Source: Candidatus Bathyarchaeota archaeon RBG_16_48_13 (GTDB lineage Archaea > Thermoproteota > Bathyarchaeia > RBG-16-48-13). From it: 64,000 nucleotides of DNA. Positions 48,814-58,371 of this stretch are shown here, piece after piece (the stretch's first letter is position 1; each line of letters opens with the position of its first letter). The notes beneath the pieces were generated by a model, which ran no database searches, had not been told where the DNA came from, and was given only the letters and a program-made list of their open reading frames with translations. The stretch is taken from positions 72,041 to 136,040 of the forward strand of contig MEZH01000004.1 in the NCBI GenBank assembly GCA_001775995.1, written 5' to 3'. A program made the position numbers and the translations under genes.

Positions 48814-49791
48814 ATGAGCATATTCAAACTTCAACTATCCATGCTTGGGACACTGGCGTTAATAGTTGGTGTTTCCACACTTTTCTTTACTGTACTCTTG
48901 AGCCTTCTGGGAACAGTAGACCTACTATCCCTAGCATTTCTTGTTATCATTATCAACATTGTCCAATGGCTTGTCGCACCTTACTTGATCGGTGCGTTGT
49001 ACAGAGTCAAGGAGGTCCCTGTGAATGAGCAACCTGAGTTGCATGCGGTTGTCAAGAACCTTAGTCAAAAGCTGGGTATCCAGACGCCCAAACTCATGAT
49101 GGCGGGTATTCCAGTGCCGAATGCATTCGCATATGGTTCACCATTATCTGGAAGCAGAATTGCCGTAACCCAAGGCTTGACACAGAACCTTGAGATGGAA
49201 GAGGTTGAGGCGGTCATCGGTCACGAGATGGGGCACATCAAGCATCGGGATGTTCAGATCATGATGTTCGTGTCAGTTCTCCCAGCCATATTCTATTACA
49301 TCGGATACAGCCTCATGTGGAGCAACATGCTCGGCGGTAACAGGGATAGAAGTGGGAACAACGGAGCTGGAACAACGGCTCTCATAGGTTTTGTGAGCAT
49401 AGCGCTCTACTTCATTCTGAACCTTTTTGTGTTGGGGTTAAGTCGCCTAAGGGAATACTACGCGGACAGGGAGAGCGCCGAGAACGTGGATGATGGGGGA
49501 AGGAAACTGTCTGAAGCATTGGCTAAGATCGTGACATCCACAGGCAAAATGAAGAGCAAAAACAAGATGAATTTCCGTGGACTTAGCAGCTTCAAGGCTC
49601 TCTTGATAAGTGACCCAGATAATGCTCAGAACGATATGGCATCAATGTCTTATGCCGGCCTCAATAAGACAGATCAGCAGTTGGTGAAGGAAATCATGGA
49701 GAGACCCGTAACGAGCACGGATAAACTGGCCGAAGTCTTTTCGACGCACCCTAACATGGTCAAGAGGCTCAGGGCGCTGCAAAACGCTTAG
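48814..49791 (+). CDS. htpX: Zinc metalloprotease HtpX (M48)
   Basis: PNAFAYG, GHEMGH, SRLREYYAD and FSTHP...RL.AL. Confidence 0.95.
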   Translation: MSIFKLQLSMLGTLALIVGVSTLFFTVLLSLLGTVDLLSLAFLVIIINIVQWLVAPYLIGALYRVKEVPVNEQPELHAVVKNLSQKLGIQTPKLMMAGIPVPNAFAYGSPLSGSRIAVTQGLTQNLEMEEVEAVIGHEMGHIKHRDVQIMMFVSVLPAIFYYIGYSLMWSNMLGGNRDRSGNNGAGTTALIGFVSIALYFILNLFVLGLSRLREYYADRESAENVDDGGRKLSEALAKIVTSTGKMKSKNKMNFRGLSSFKALLISDPDNAQNDMASMSYAGLNKTDQQLVKEIMERPVTSTDKLAEVFSTHPNMVKRLRALQNA

Positions 49792-49799
49792 AGATTGGA

Positions 49800-49888
49800 T
49801 GCGGCCGCCGGGATTTGGACCCGGGTTAGAAGCTCTCCCTCAAACATATGGGGGGCTTCCGTCCTAGACCAGACTAGACCACGGCCGC
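49800..49888 (-). tRNA. tRNA-Gly(CCC) with a 14-nt intron at 37/38 (49848-49835); C at positions 33 and 55
   Basis: GCGGCCG-TG-GTCT-loop-GGAC-G-GAAGC-CCCCCA[TATGTTTGAGGGAG]A-GCTTC-TAAC-CCGGG-TCCAAAT-CCCGG-CGGCCGC-A; all stems pair. Confidence 0.88.
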
Positions 49889-50124
49889 TCACGTCTACTA
49901 TGGACTATTCTGAGAAGCTGCGATCTATTAATAAAAATATTCTGAATCATGCGACACTTCGACGAAAATATGTTTGACCCGAAGCGCCTAGTTGAATAAT
50001 ACTTCTACCTCGTTTGAAGCCATTAGCGTGGAGACTGATACCATTCGTGATGCAGAATGGACCCAAGAAGCCAAGGTTTAATATGGATGCGAGAGAGGTT
50101 CTTGAAGAATGAAATGATCTCAGT

Positions 50125-50577
50125 TTGATGAATGAATCACCATCTTCAACAATAATGAGAGAGCTATTGAGATTGAGACAGCCTAGAATCAATGTTGAGA
50201 ATAAGGAAGCCCTATTTGAGGCTCTTGTTCAGGAGAACCAAGAGACAGAGAGTGACTATGCCCAATGTCCCTGCGGGCGCCTCATAAGATCTCCGAGGGA
50301 GTATGGGATTTTCTTGTTCAACATAAGAGAGCATGAGATCAACATACTGTGCCCAAATGAGGGATGTCATCTGGGAGAATTGGGAAGAATAAGGTTCACG
50401 ACCAAAGGTAGGTCATGGTCGGTTGAAGAGGCTTCCTTCAACTCATTTTTCGTATTCTGGAACTCCGATCGGCTTGGGGAGGAGAGGACAAAAGCCTTGC
50501 TGGAAAGCCATCTGAAAAGCGTGATTAACGGAATAGATTGGCTTTCTGTCATGGATAGACTTGAGATCAGCCGTTAG
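50125..50577 (+). CDS. Hypothetical protein with putative Zn site
   Basis: CPCG and CPNEGC motifs; alternative start ATG 50155. Confidence 0.7.
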   Translation: MMNESPSSTIMRELLRLRQPRINVENKEALFEALVQENQETESDYAQCPCGRLIRSPREYGIFLFNIREHEINILCPNEGCHLGELGRIRFTTKGRSWSVEEASFNSFFVFWNSDRLGEERTKALLESHLKSVINGIDWLSVMDRLEISR

Positions 50578-50587
50578 ACAACCTTGT

Positions 50588-51712
50588 TTACGTTTTCGGA
50601 ACGATGTTTTTCAGCCTCATAAGGGCGTCACTTAGCTCGTTCCCACCCAGTTTCGAGGAGTCAATGGTTTCCCTAAGGAAATCGACGCTTTCATCCATAG
50701 ATCGCCTATCAACTGGAAAAGGGACACCGTCCTTGCCGCCATAGGCCCAGCTGAACTTAACGGGGTCTTTCCAGCTAGGTTCGCTCCCGTATACCAATTC
50801 AGAAATCAATGCCAAACCTCTAACTGTGGCAGGCCCTATTCCTCTGAAGGCAAGCAGTTCTTCGTAGTTCCTAGGTTGAAAGTCATACACCTTTTCCAAT
50901 GCCTTCCAATTCAGGTCTACGGGGAGATGCATTGCTCTGAAAGTCTTTCTATCCCTGTCTGACTTTACTTGAAGCCATTTCGTGAGAACCTCTTGATGCT
51001 GCGGTCTGAGGGAATGGAAATCCCGCTTTATGGTTCTCGGTCCATCCCTTGTCAAGTCGAGGGAAGTTTTTTGGCAATCCTCACTAACGGGCGAGGTCAT
51101 ATTGAGAACAGTCTGTTCAACTCTGTCAGAAATAATAGCGTTATGAGGTTCCTTCACAAAGCTCTTGACCCGATCCGAGAGCCAGTGATATCTTCGGGCT
51201 GTCTTCTCACAGACGTTCATTCCCTGTTGAACAACAGCCCATGTACCGTTCACAGTCATGAAGAAGGTGTGATGATAGAGTGGATAACCAGCTTGAATTG
51301 CTGCGTTGTCGACCTTCGCACTCATCCGACTGGAGTATTTCAGCTCGTTGACCTCCTCTTCCGAAAGGGAGAATACTCGACCTATCTGTTCAATCTCGGA
51401 GGGAGTCTTCAAAGAGGCGGCACCTTTCCCGCCAGCAACAGCAAGACCATGTTCTTCAGGTTTCAGCACGTTCTTCAGGATCCCCGTGACGACAGTGGTA
51501 ACGCCTGAGGAGTGCCAATCATAGCCCAGAACGCATCCAAGGGACTGAAACCAAAAAGGATCGGAGAGTCGTCCCAGGATTTCATCAGGACCATACTTAT
51601 CCAACATCACGATCATTATTTCTTTGGAGAGTCTCTTCATACGACCGACGAGCCAAGCTGGGGCATGCCCATAGTGAAGGGGGAGACTTGCCATCCCAAT
51701 CTTTTCTTTCAA
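50588..51712 (-). CDS. DUF763 family protein
   Basis: LPLHYGHAP.WL, DPFWFQSLGCVLGYDWHSSG.TT and GGKDGVP.PVD. Confidence 0.92.
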   Translation of the reverse strand: MKEKIGMASLPLHYGHAPAWLVGRMKRLSKEIMIVMLDKYGPDEILGRLSDPFWFQSLGCVLGYDWHSSGVTTVVTGILKNVLKPEEHGLAVAGGKGAASLKTPSEIEQIGRVFSLSEEEVNELKYSSRMSAKVDNAAIQAGYPLYHHTFFMTVNGTWAVVQQGMNVCEKTARRYHWLSDRVKSFVKEPHNAIISDRVEQTVLNMTSPVSEDCQKTSLDLTRDGPRTIKRDFHSLRPQHQEVLTKWLQVKSDRDRKTFRAMHLPVDLNWKALEKVYDFQPRNYEELLAFRGIGPATVRGLALISELVYGSEPSWKDPVKFSWAYGGKDGVPFPVDRRSMDESVDFLRETIDSSKLGGNELSDALMRLKNIVPKT

Positions 51713-51727
51713 GGTTCGTGCCTACTT

Positions 51728-52465
51728 TCAGAGCTTATCAAGCACGTCTGAAATTTGGTCGATGGAGAGAATTCTGAAGTCGGGTTCTACCGGGTCCAGG
51801 GCTGGGCAGATGATTTTCCGTCCAGTCGGATCATTGGCTTTGCTCATTATCAATATGGTCTTCATCCCTAAGTTCTTAGCGCCATAGATATCGTGGATCA
51901 TGCTGTCTCCGACGAAGACTGCTTCTTGGGGCCTAATGTCGAAGGCTTCTAGGAAGTCTCTAAAGATCTTTGGGTGCGGTTTTCTCAGGCTTTTTTCCTC
52001 AGATACTACTATTTTGTCAAGAAAATCATAAAGACCAAGTCTCCTGATGCTTTTGTGAATTGCCCGAGCAATAGTGAAGTTTGAGATCAAGCATGTGGCA
52101 AATCTGCGATGTACCCTGGACAGCGTGGACAAGGTTTTGGGGGAGAAGAATAGAGAATCGATATATGGCTGGAAGTAAGCGTCTACTGCAACTCGGATCA
52201 CTTCGCTGTTGGGTTCAAGGGAATAACCCATCTGGCATAGGGTCTCAGAAACCCAGACCTCATTGTTGACCTCAACACAAGTCATCTCTCTGAAGTCTCT
52301 ATACTTGTTCACGACTACTGCGTGAATAGCCTTGAATCTATCCGAAGAGAATTCGAGTCCAGCCGCTTTCAGGGTCTCTATGAGTTGTCTCATGCAGGAT
52401 TCATGGTCAGCGTTGGATTGGACTAAGGTCCCTACGAAGTCGAAGCCAACCGCTTTGATCCGCAT
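51728..52465 (-). CDS. HAD-superfamily hydrolase
   Basis: FDFVGTL, ISN, RKPHPKIF and FVGDS..HDI.GA. Confidence 0.92.
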   Translation of the reverse strand: MRIKAVGFDFVGTLVQSNADHESCMRQLIETLKAAGLEFSSDRFKAIHAVVVNKYRDFREMTCVEVNNEVWVSETLCQMGYSLEPNSEVIRVAVDAYFQPYIDSLFFSPKTLSTLSRVHRRFATCLISNFTIARAIHKSIRRLGLYDFLDKIVVSEEKSLRKPHPKIFRDFLEAFDIRPQEAVFVGDSMIHDIYGAKNLGMKTILIMSKANDPTGRKIICPALDPVEPDFRILSIDQISDVLDKL

Positions 52466-52657
52466 GATTTTCCCCTGAAATTAGGTAGCAAATCCTGCCC
52501 AATAAACTGTTTTTTCATTTGACCAACGGATTTCAGGGAGGTTGAACTGCCTGGCTCACAGCATGTTATCAGATACAGTACCTGAGGTCGCATTTACTGT
52601 ATAGATCAAACCTTGCGTGAAAGAAATAAAACCCTGAGTACAGTAATATAGAGGGAG

Positions 52658-53944
52658 TTGAAGAAAATGGGTTCCTCCGAAATCTCAGGATTCTACAAAC
52701 TCACGCCTGCTGAAAGGTTGGAGAAAGTCAAGATTCTGGCTGGATTGACCGAGGAGGAGGTTAAGACCACCGAATCTATGGGTGGATTGAGTCTCGGGCA
52801 AGCCGACAGAATGATAGAGAACGTTATTGGGGGAATTTCGATTCCTTTGGGAATAGCCGTTAATTTCCTCGTAAATTCCAAGGACTACCTAATACCGATG
52901 GCGATAGAGGAGCCATCGGTAGTGGCCGCGGCAAGTCATGCCGCAAAGATTGCCAGAGTAAGGGGGGGCTTTTGGTCCACGAGCACTCCACCCATTATGA
53001 TTGGCCAGATACAGATTGTTGATGTTCCGGATCCCATCAGCGCCAAGGGATTCATACTCAAAAAGAAGATGGATATTTTGAAAGTGGCCAACGATCAAGA
53101 TCCAATACTTTCGAAGCTCGGGGGCGGCGCGAAGGATTTGGAAGTGAAGATCATAGACACTCAGGTTGGTCCCATGGTCATTACTGAACTCATGGTCGAC
53201 TGCAGGGACGCCATGGGAGCTAACGCCGTGAACACCATGGCTGAGGCTGTTGCACCGATGGTTGAAGAGATATCTGGTGGGCGAGTCAACCTGAGGATCT
53301 TGTCGAACTTGGCAACGAAGCGCCTTGTTAAATCCACGGCGACATTTGAAAGGGAAGCGCTTGGCGGGGAAGTGGTGGTGGACAGGATAATCGAGGCCTA
53401 CGCTTTCGCTGCCGCGGATCCGTATAGGGCTGCAACACACAACAAAGGAGTCATGAATGGCATAACTTCCGTTGTATTGGCTACTGGCAATGATACGAGG
53501 GCTATAGAAGCTGGAGCTCATGCCTATGCTTCAAGACTGGGACGATATACCACATTGACAACTTGGAAAAAGGATGACAACGGTGATCTTTCTGGGGTCA
53601 TTGAGATGCCTCTAGCCGTGGGTCTAATCGGGGGGGCCACGGTTTCCCATCCTATGGCCAGAATCGCAGTGAAAATCCTTGGAGTAAGGAATGCAAACGA
53701 GTTGGGAGAAGTGATTGGAGCAGTTGGTTTGGCGCAAAATCTCGCAGCTCTCAGGGCACTGGCAACCGAGGGCATTCAAAGGGGTCATATGAGGCTCCAT
53801 GCGAGAAACGTTGCGGTAATGGCTGGTGCTAGCGGAGAACTCATAGATAAAGTCGCAGAAGCGATGGTTAGAGAGCGAAAAGTGAGGGCTGACGAAGCCA
53901 AAAGACTGCTGCATGAGATGGAGTCACATGGAAAAAAGACCTGA
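52658..53944 (+). CDS. mvaA: Class II HMG-CoA reductase
   Basis: MIENVIG, EEPSVVAAAS, DAMGAN, THNKG.MNG and GIQRGHMRLH. Confidence 0.95.
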   Translation: MKKMGSSEISGFYKLTPAERLEKVKILAGLTEEEVKTTESMGGLSLGQADRMIENVIGGISIPLGIAVNFLVNSKDYLIPMAIEEPSVVAAASHAAKIARVRGGFWSTSTPPIMIGQIQIVDVPDPISAKGFILKKKMDILKVANDQDPILSKLGGGAKDLEVKIIDTQVGPMVITELMVDCRDAMGANAVNTMAEAVAPMVEEISGGRVNLRILSNLATKRLVKSTATFEREALGGEVVVDRIIEAYAFAAADPYRAATHNKGVMNGITSVVLATGNDTRAIEAGAHAYASRLGRYTTLTTWKKDDNGDLSGVIEMPLAVGLIGGATVSHPMARIAVKILGVRNANELGEVIGAVGLAQNLAALRALATEGIQRGHMRLHARNVAVMAGASGELIDKVAEAMVRERKVRADEAKRLLHEMESHGKKT

Positions 53945-54015
53945 CTAGAGCAATAAGCTTTTAAACGCTAGTGCATTGTCCTCTTGTAAACTCTGTGTCT
54001 TTCGGAGGATAACGA

Positions 54016-54654
54016 TTGCCCAAAGCCGAGAAAAAAAAGATTAAAGACAAATGGCGAGATAAGACATGGTTCTCGATATCTGCGCCGCCTTACTTTGGAG
54101 GGAATATTGTCGCGTTAGCACCATGCAACGACTCTGTTGAGATATTGAATCGCGCCGTTGAGACTACTCTATACGACGTAACTGGAGATTTCTCCCAACA
54201 ACACATAAAGCTGTACTTTAAGACTGCAGACGTCAAAGGGAGCAAGGTTGACACAGTATTCAAGGGCCACGAATATTCTCGTGATTACCTAAGGAGCCTC
54301 GTCCGACGAGGTAGCACACGGATAGAGGGAATTTACAAGGTGACTCTTGGGGACGGACACCAAATGAGGGTTTCCGCAATCGCATTCACGGCCTCCAGAA
54401 TAAAGCAAGCTCAGGGCCATAGCATCAGGCGGATAATGCGTGAGACACTCGAAACAAAGGCAAGCACGCTGGGGTTTGATAATTTCGTTCAAGAGGCGGT
54501 TCTAGGTAAGATAGCTTCTGAGATATTCAATGAAGCGAAGAAGATAGCCCCCCTCAGACACGTGGGCATCCAGAAATCGAAGCTCATCTTTTCGCCGACT
54601 GTTGGAGATCAAGGAGCCAAAAAGGAAGAAACAGAAGAGAAAGAGAAGCCGTGA
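54016..54654 (+). CDS. rps3ae: 30S ribosomal protein S3Ae (eS1)
   Basis: KDKWRDKTWF, GHEYSRDYLRSLVRR and KIAPLRHV. Confidence 0.96.
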   Translation: MPKAEKKKIKDKWRDKTWFSISAPPYFGGNIVALAPCNDSVEILNRAVETTLYDVTGDFSQQHIKLYFKTADVKGSKVDTVFKGHEYSRDYLRSLVRRGSTRIEGIYKVTLGDGHQMRVSAIAFTASRIKQAQGHSIRRIMRETLETKASTLGFDNFVQEAVLGKIASEIFNEAKKIAPLRHVGIQKSKLIFSPTVGDQGAKKEETEEKEKP

Positions 54655-54744
54655 TTCATCCCCAAATCTCATATCTTGGAAAAATTTTAAGTATATCCTC
54701 ATAGTAGAAGAGATTTTGCTATCTATCTAAAAGGTGCATAAATT

Positions 54745-55026
54745 TTGTCTGAAGAAGGCGAGAATTTAGGAGAAGTTTCACCTCAGGGTGCAGAGCAGAA
54801 ACCTAGAATGGCGGGCGCCAAAACGCCACCTGTGACTGAAGGCCAAGAAATCGAATTGGAGGTCATCGCCAAAGGAAGGAAAGGCGATGGCATAGCCAAG
54901 ATTGAAGGCTACATAATCTTTATCCCGAGTGGGAACATTGGCGAGAAGACGATGGTCCGCATCACGACGGTGAGACCGAACTTTGCTATATCTGAAGCTA
55001 TAGAAAAGAAGCAAGAAGGGGAATAG
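54745..55026 (+). CDS. Single-domain TRAM protein
   Basis: PPVTEGQEIELEVIAKGRKGDGIAKIEGYIIFIP. Confidence 0.92.
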   Translation: MSEEGENLGEVSPQGAEQKPRMAGAKTPPVTEGQEIELEVIAKGRKGDGIAKIEGYIIFIPSGNIGEKTMVRITTVRPNFAISEAIEKKQEGE

Positions 55027-55215
55027 AAGGAGCCTACCTTTATTACCTTAACTTATTCTTTCTAAAGCCAAAGCCTTTTTTTATTATATTTTTCGGAATC
55101 AGCCCAGCCAATTTCAAGCGAACCTTTTCAAATTGAATTGCGCGGCTACCTTTCAGATAAGTTGAAATCCAGGAAATCGTTTCTTCTTCTCTTGCGAGTC
55201 ACAGAGAGATATGCG

Positions 55216-56112
55216 ATGAGAATACTTGGCGCGAACGCTGAAATTACGGTGCCTCTCGAGAAACACCAGACCGCAATCAACGTTATTTCTTCTTTCTTCT
55301 CGAGCATAGGAACTCCCACAGTGAGAGTTTACGTGGAAAATGGAGAGTTTACCTCTGAAGAAATGCCTCTCCAGGAGCTTCAAGGGACGATCACAGAGTT
55401 GCTGGAGAAGAAAACGAAGGTTGTGGGCGCCAGCGTGGTCAAAGGCAATGTTGCCGACATCGAAAGACGCGGTCTAATCTACAAGGCCAAAATAAGAAGG
55501 GAGAACGAAGATTCCGTCGAATTCTCTTTGAGAAGTTTCTTCCCATCAGAATTGAAACAAGAATTTGCCCTCAAATTGGGAAAAGCGATACAAAGTGGCA
55601 CCCAACCCGAGGTTGACCCTTTGATCAGGAGCTATTTTGAAGGGCTCCGAAAGGCTTACGGGAATTTCAAACAAGCATCAGGGACAAGAGTGGACACTTT
55701 CTTCGAAATCAACTACTACAACCAAGGGGAAATGAATGAGTTCATTAAGGTTCTAAACGATGACCTCTTGAAGAATGAACAGTGCCTGGTGACGTGTTTT
55801 GATACTCTGAAAGACGGAAAAATAGAGGTAGAATGCGCCGAAGAGGAAAACACCTATCTCCGACGAGAAGAGCCAAATGTGAGTAAAATAGCTGCACTTG
55901 TAAACAAATATGTCATCGTTACTCTTACGAGCCCTAGAATGAAAGTGGAGCTTGACCACTGGATAGAGCTAAACACTCTCGTTTGTCACTTGTCAAGCAG
56001 CGAAAACGCATCCCAGGAAGAATTATTGGACAATTTCCTCAGAATATTGAGAATGGAGTCCGGAAGGCAGCCAGTGCCGCTGCCCATCTTCGAAAACGTC
56101 CTCAAAGGATAG
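55216..56112 (+). CDS. Hypothetical protein
   Basis: ~298-aa ORF from ATG 55216 with protein-like composition; no motif recognised. Confidence 0.75.
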   Translation: MRILGANAEITVPLEKHQTAINVISSFFSSIGTPTVRVYVENGEFTSEEMPLQELQGTITELLEKKTKVVGASVVKGNVADIERRGLIYKAKIRRENEDSVEFSLRSFFPSELKQEFALKLGKAIQSGTQPEVDPLIRSYFEGLRKAYGNFKQASGTRVDTFFEINYYNQGEMNEFIKVLNDDLLKNEQCLVTCFDTLKDGKIEVECAEEENTYLRREEPNVSKIAALVNKYVIVTLTSPRMKVELDHWIELNTLVCHLSSSENASQEELLDNFLRILRMESGRQPVPLPIFENVLKG

Positions 56113-56128
56113 GCGCGATTCCCAAGCG

Positions 56129-57118
56129 CTATTTGAACGCTGGAATCACTTTTTCTCCAAATGCCTTGAGCACTTCCGACGTCTTAGGGCCGATGGGGTC
56201 AACTAGTACTAGCTGGGTCATGCCGCTTTTTTCCAGTTCTTCGATTCTTGAAATGCACGTTTCCCAGTCTCCAATAATGGCGAATTCTCGCAGAATCTCG
56301 TCAGGGAGGTACTCTGGGACTTTGCTGAAGTCACCTCTTATCAGGGCTTTTCTCAGCATCTCAACGGGTATTTTATCTAAACCCAGCATCCTGTGGACTT
56401 CGGGAACGGAGTCGAGAATTGAAGGGGCTCCAGACATCTTCAGCATGTCCATGTCCTTCTTTGATACTTCTTTGGAAACCCAGAAAGATGTTGGCAGGTA
56501 TGCCGTGTCAAAGTCTGACATGTTGCGCCGAGCCTTCTCAGCCCCCTTTTTCAAATGTTTCTTACTTTCGCTCAAGGTTCTTGTCGAACCTTCGGTTAAT
56601 AGTCCTTCGGCGACCTCTCCCGTGAGTTCTAGCATCTTTGGTCCTCTTGCGCCCACATAGATGGGTATTGGACGAGGATCAATAGGGTAGGCGAGTTTGA
56701 AGTCATTCATCGTAACATATTCCCCTTTGTATGTGGCTGGTTCGCCTTTCAGAAGTTTTCTGAAAACGGCTATCTGATTTCGAATCGTCATTGCGGGCTT
56801 CTCTAGTTCGATACCCATCTTTGACCGAGCGAGAAAACCACCGACCGAGATGCCGAAAGTGAACCGACCTTTGGACAACTCCTGAATGGTGGTTGCTGTT
56901 GATGCCCATATTGAGGGGTGACGGGTGAACACGCCGGCAACGGCCGTTCCGAGTTTTATCTTCTTAGTGTTCATGGCTAAGACAGACAGGGTTGTAATAG
57001 CATCCCGAATGGCTGGAACGTCGGCGATCCATAAGTAGTCGAATCCTACGTTCTCCGCAAGCTGCCCTAACTCAATCGTTTCTTCCATGCTACGATATAT
57101 TTGGATGCCAAATTTCAT
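56129..57118 (-). CDS. LLM-class (Mer-like) flavin/F420-dependent oxidoreductase
   Basis: AENVGFDYLWIAD, KLGTAV, SKGRF..G...G and IYVGARGPKMLELTGEVAEG. Confidence 0.9.
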   Translation of the reverse strand: MKFGIQIYRSMEETIELGQLAENVGFDYLWIADVPAIRDAITTLSVLAMNTKKIKLGTAVAGVFTRHPSIWASTATTIQELSKGRFTFGISVGGFLARSKMGIELEKPAMTIRNQIAVFRKLLKGEPATYKGEYVTMNDFKLAYPIDPRPIPIYVGARGPKMLELTGEVAEGLLTEGSTRTLSESKKHLKKGAEKARRNMSDFDTAYLPTSFWVSKEVSKKDMDMLKMSGAPSILDSVPEVHRMLGLDKIPVEMLRKALIRGDFSKVPEYLPDEILREFAIIGDWETCISRIEELEKSGMTQLVLVDPIGPKTSEVLKAFGEKVIPAFK

Positions 57119-57147
57119 TGCTTATCCCATCCTCGATTGGCGTGTTT

Positions 57148-58290
57148 CTATGGCGTGATAACGACTTTTATGCTTTCATCCTTGGCATTCATTTTCTCAA
57201 TGCCTTTGGCCGCGTCTTCTATGGAAAATCGATGAGTAATCATCTTCTTGAAGGGAAAGCGATCTCTCTGATAATAAAGAAGGTTCAAGGCGGTTTCGAA
57301 CTGAGTCGGCGGATAAGACCACGATCCTAGTATGTCAACATCGCGCCAACAAATGTCTCTTGGGTTTACTTCAACAGTGCCCACATTCGTATAGTGACCT
57401 AGCTCCACGAGTTTTCCGCCTCTTCGAACCAATTCCAGTCCTTCAGCGAACGCGGCAGGAACCCCAGCACATTCTAGAACGACGTCGGCACCTTTCCCGA
57501 GCGTGAGACGTTTCACTTCCGCCACTCGATCCTCTTTCTTTGGAGCATTCTTCATATTTATCGTGACATTGGCACCAAACTCTTCGGCTGCGCTCAGCCT
57601 CAAATCGACTGAATCAATAGCTATGATCATCCCTGCGCCAGCCGCCCTTGCAGCCACCACTGCGAACAAACCTATTGGTCCTATACCCTGGACCACAACG
57701 CTCTTGCCTATTCCGAAACCTTCCCGCGCGTAAGGAACCCCCGGTTCGTATGCTCGTTCCAGACCCTTGGTCGCCACGGCTAGAGGCTCTGTCAAGACAG
57801 CAAGGTCAGAAGGCATATCATCTGGAATCCTATATATCGACGATCTGGGCACGACATACATATTCTCAGCCATACCTCCTAAGAGGTGAGGCGGATTCTT
57901 GCTGCTCATGGTTATGCCGTAGCAGATCCTGTTCTCGCAGAGGTTAGGTCGGGAAGGAACATTCTTACAGTAGAAGCATCTGCCACAAGGTATGCATGGA
58001 ACGACCGCAACCCTGTCGCCCACTATCAGGTTTTGGCCCCTTGCCTCCATGCCAACAGCGCTGGCGCCAAGAGTCTCCACTTTCCCAACGTATTCATGGG
58101 CAGGGATGATTGGAAATGGAACGGTAGGGAGGTGGCCTTGAAATATATGGACATCGGTGCCGCATATGCCAGCGACCTCAGTCTTGAGTAGAATGGAATC
58201 AGAATCCACCTCAGGTTTCTCAAAATTCTCAATGACGATGCTTCCAGGCTTGGTCATTACTGCAGCTTTAACCATTTTAGCCATATGCAA
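57148..58290 (-). CDS. Zn-dependent medium-chain alcohol dehydrogenase
   Basis: GICGTDVH, AHE, structural Zn CGRCFYC...C and Rossmann GIGPIG. Confidence 0.93.
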   Translation of the reverse strand: MHMAKMVKAAVMTKPGSIVIENFEKPEVDSDSILLKTEVAGICGTDVHIFQGHLPTVPFPIIPAHEYVGKVETLGASAVGMEARGQNLIVGDRVAVVPCIPCGRCFYCKNVPSRPNLCENRICYGITMSSKNPPHLLGGMAENMYVVPRSSIYRIPDDMPSDLAVLTEPLAVATKGLERAYEPGVPYAREGFGIGKSVVVQGIGPIGLFAVVAARAAGAGMIIAIDSVDLRLSAAEEFGANVTINMKNAPKKEDRVAEVKRLTLGKGADVVLECAGVPAAFAEGLELVRRGGKLVELGHYTNVGTVEVNPRDICWRDVDILGSWSYPPTQFETALNLLYYQRDRFPFKKMITHRFSIEDAAKGIEKMNAKDESIKVVITP

Positions 58291-58371
58291 TTACTCCAAG
58301 TGAAAACGAAACGTATTTTAGGACTATTCTGTGGAGCAATATAAGCATTAATCACCACCAAGGGATAGCTA

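Noticed and set aside
13402-49888. Methanopyrus-type C8 tRNA editing
   Set aside because: Both tRNAs encode T at position 8.
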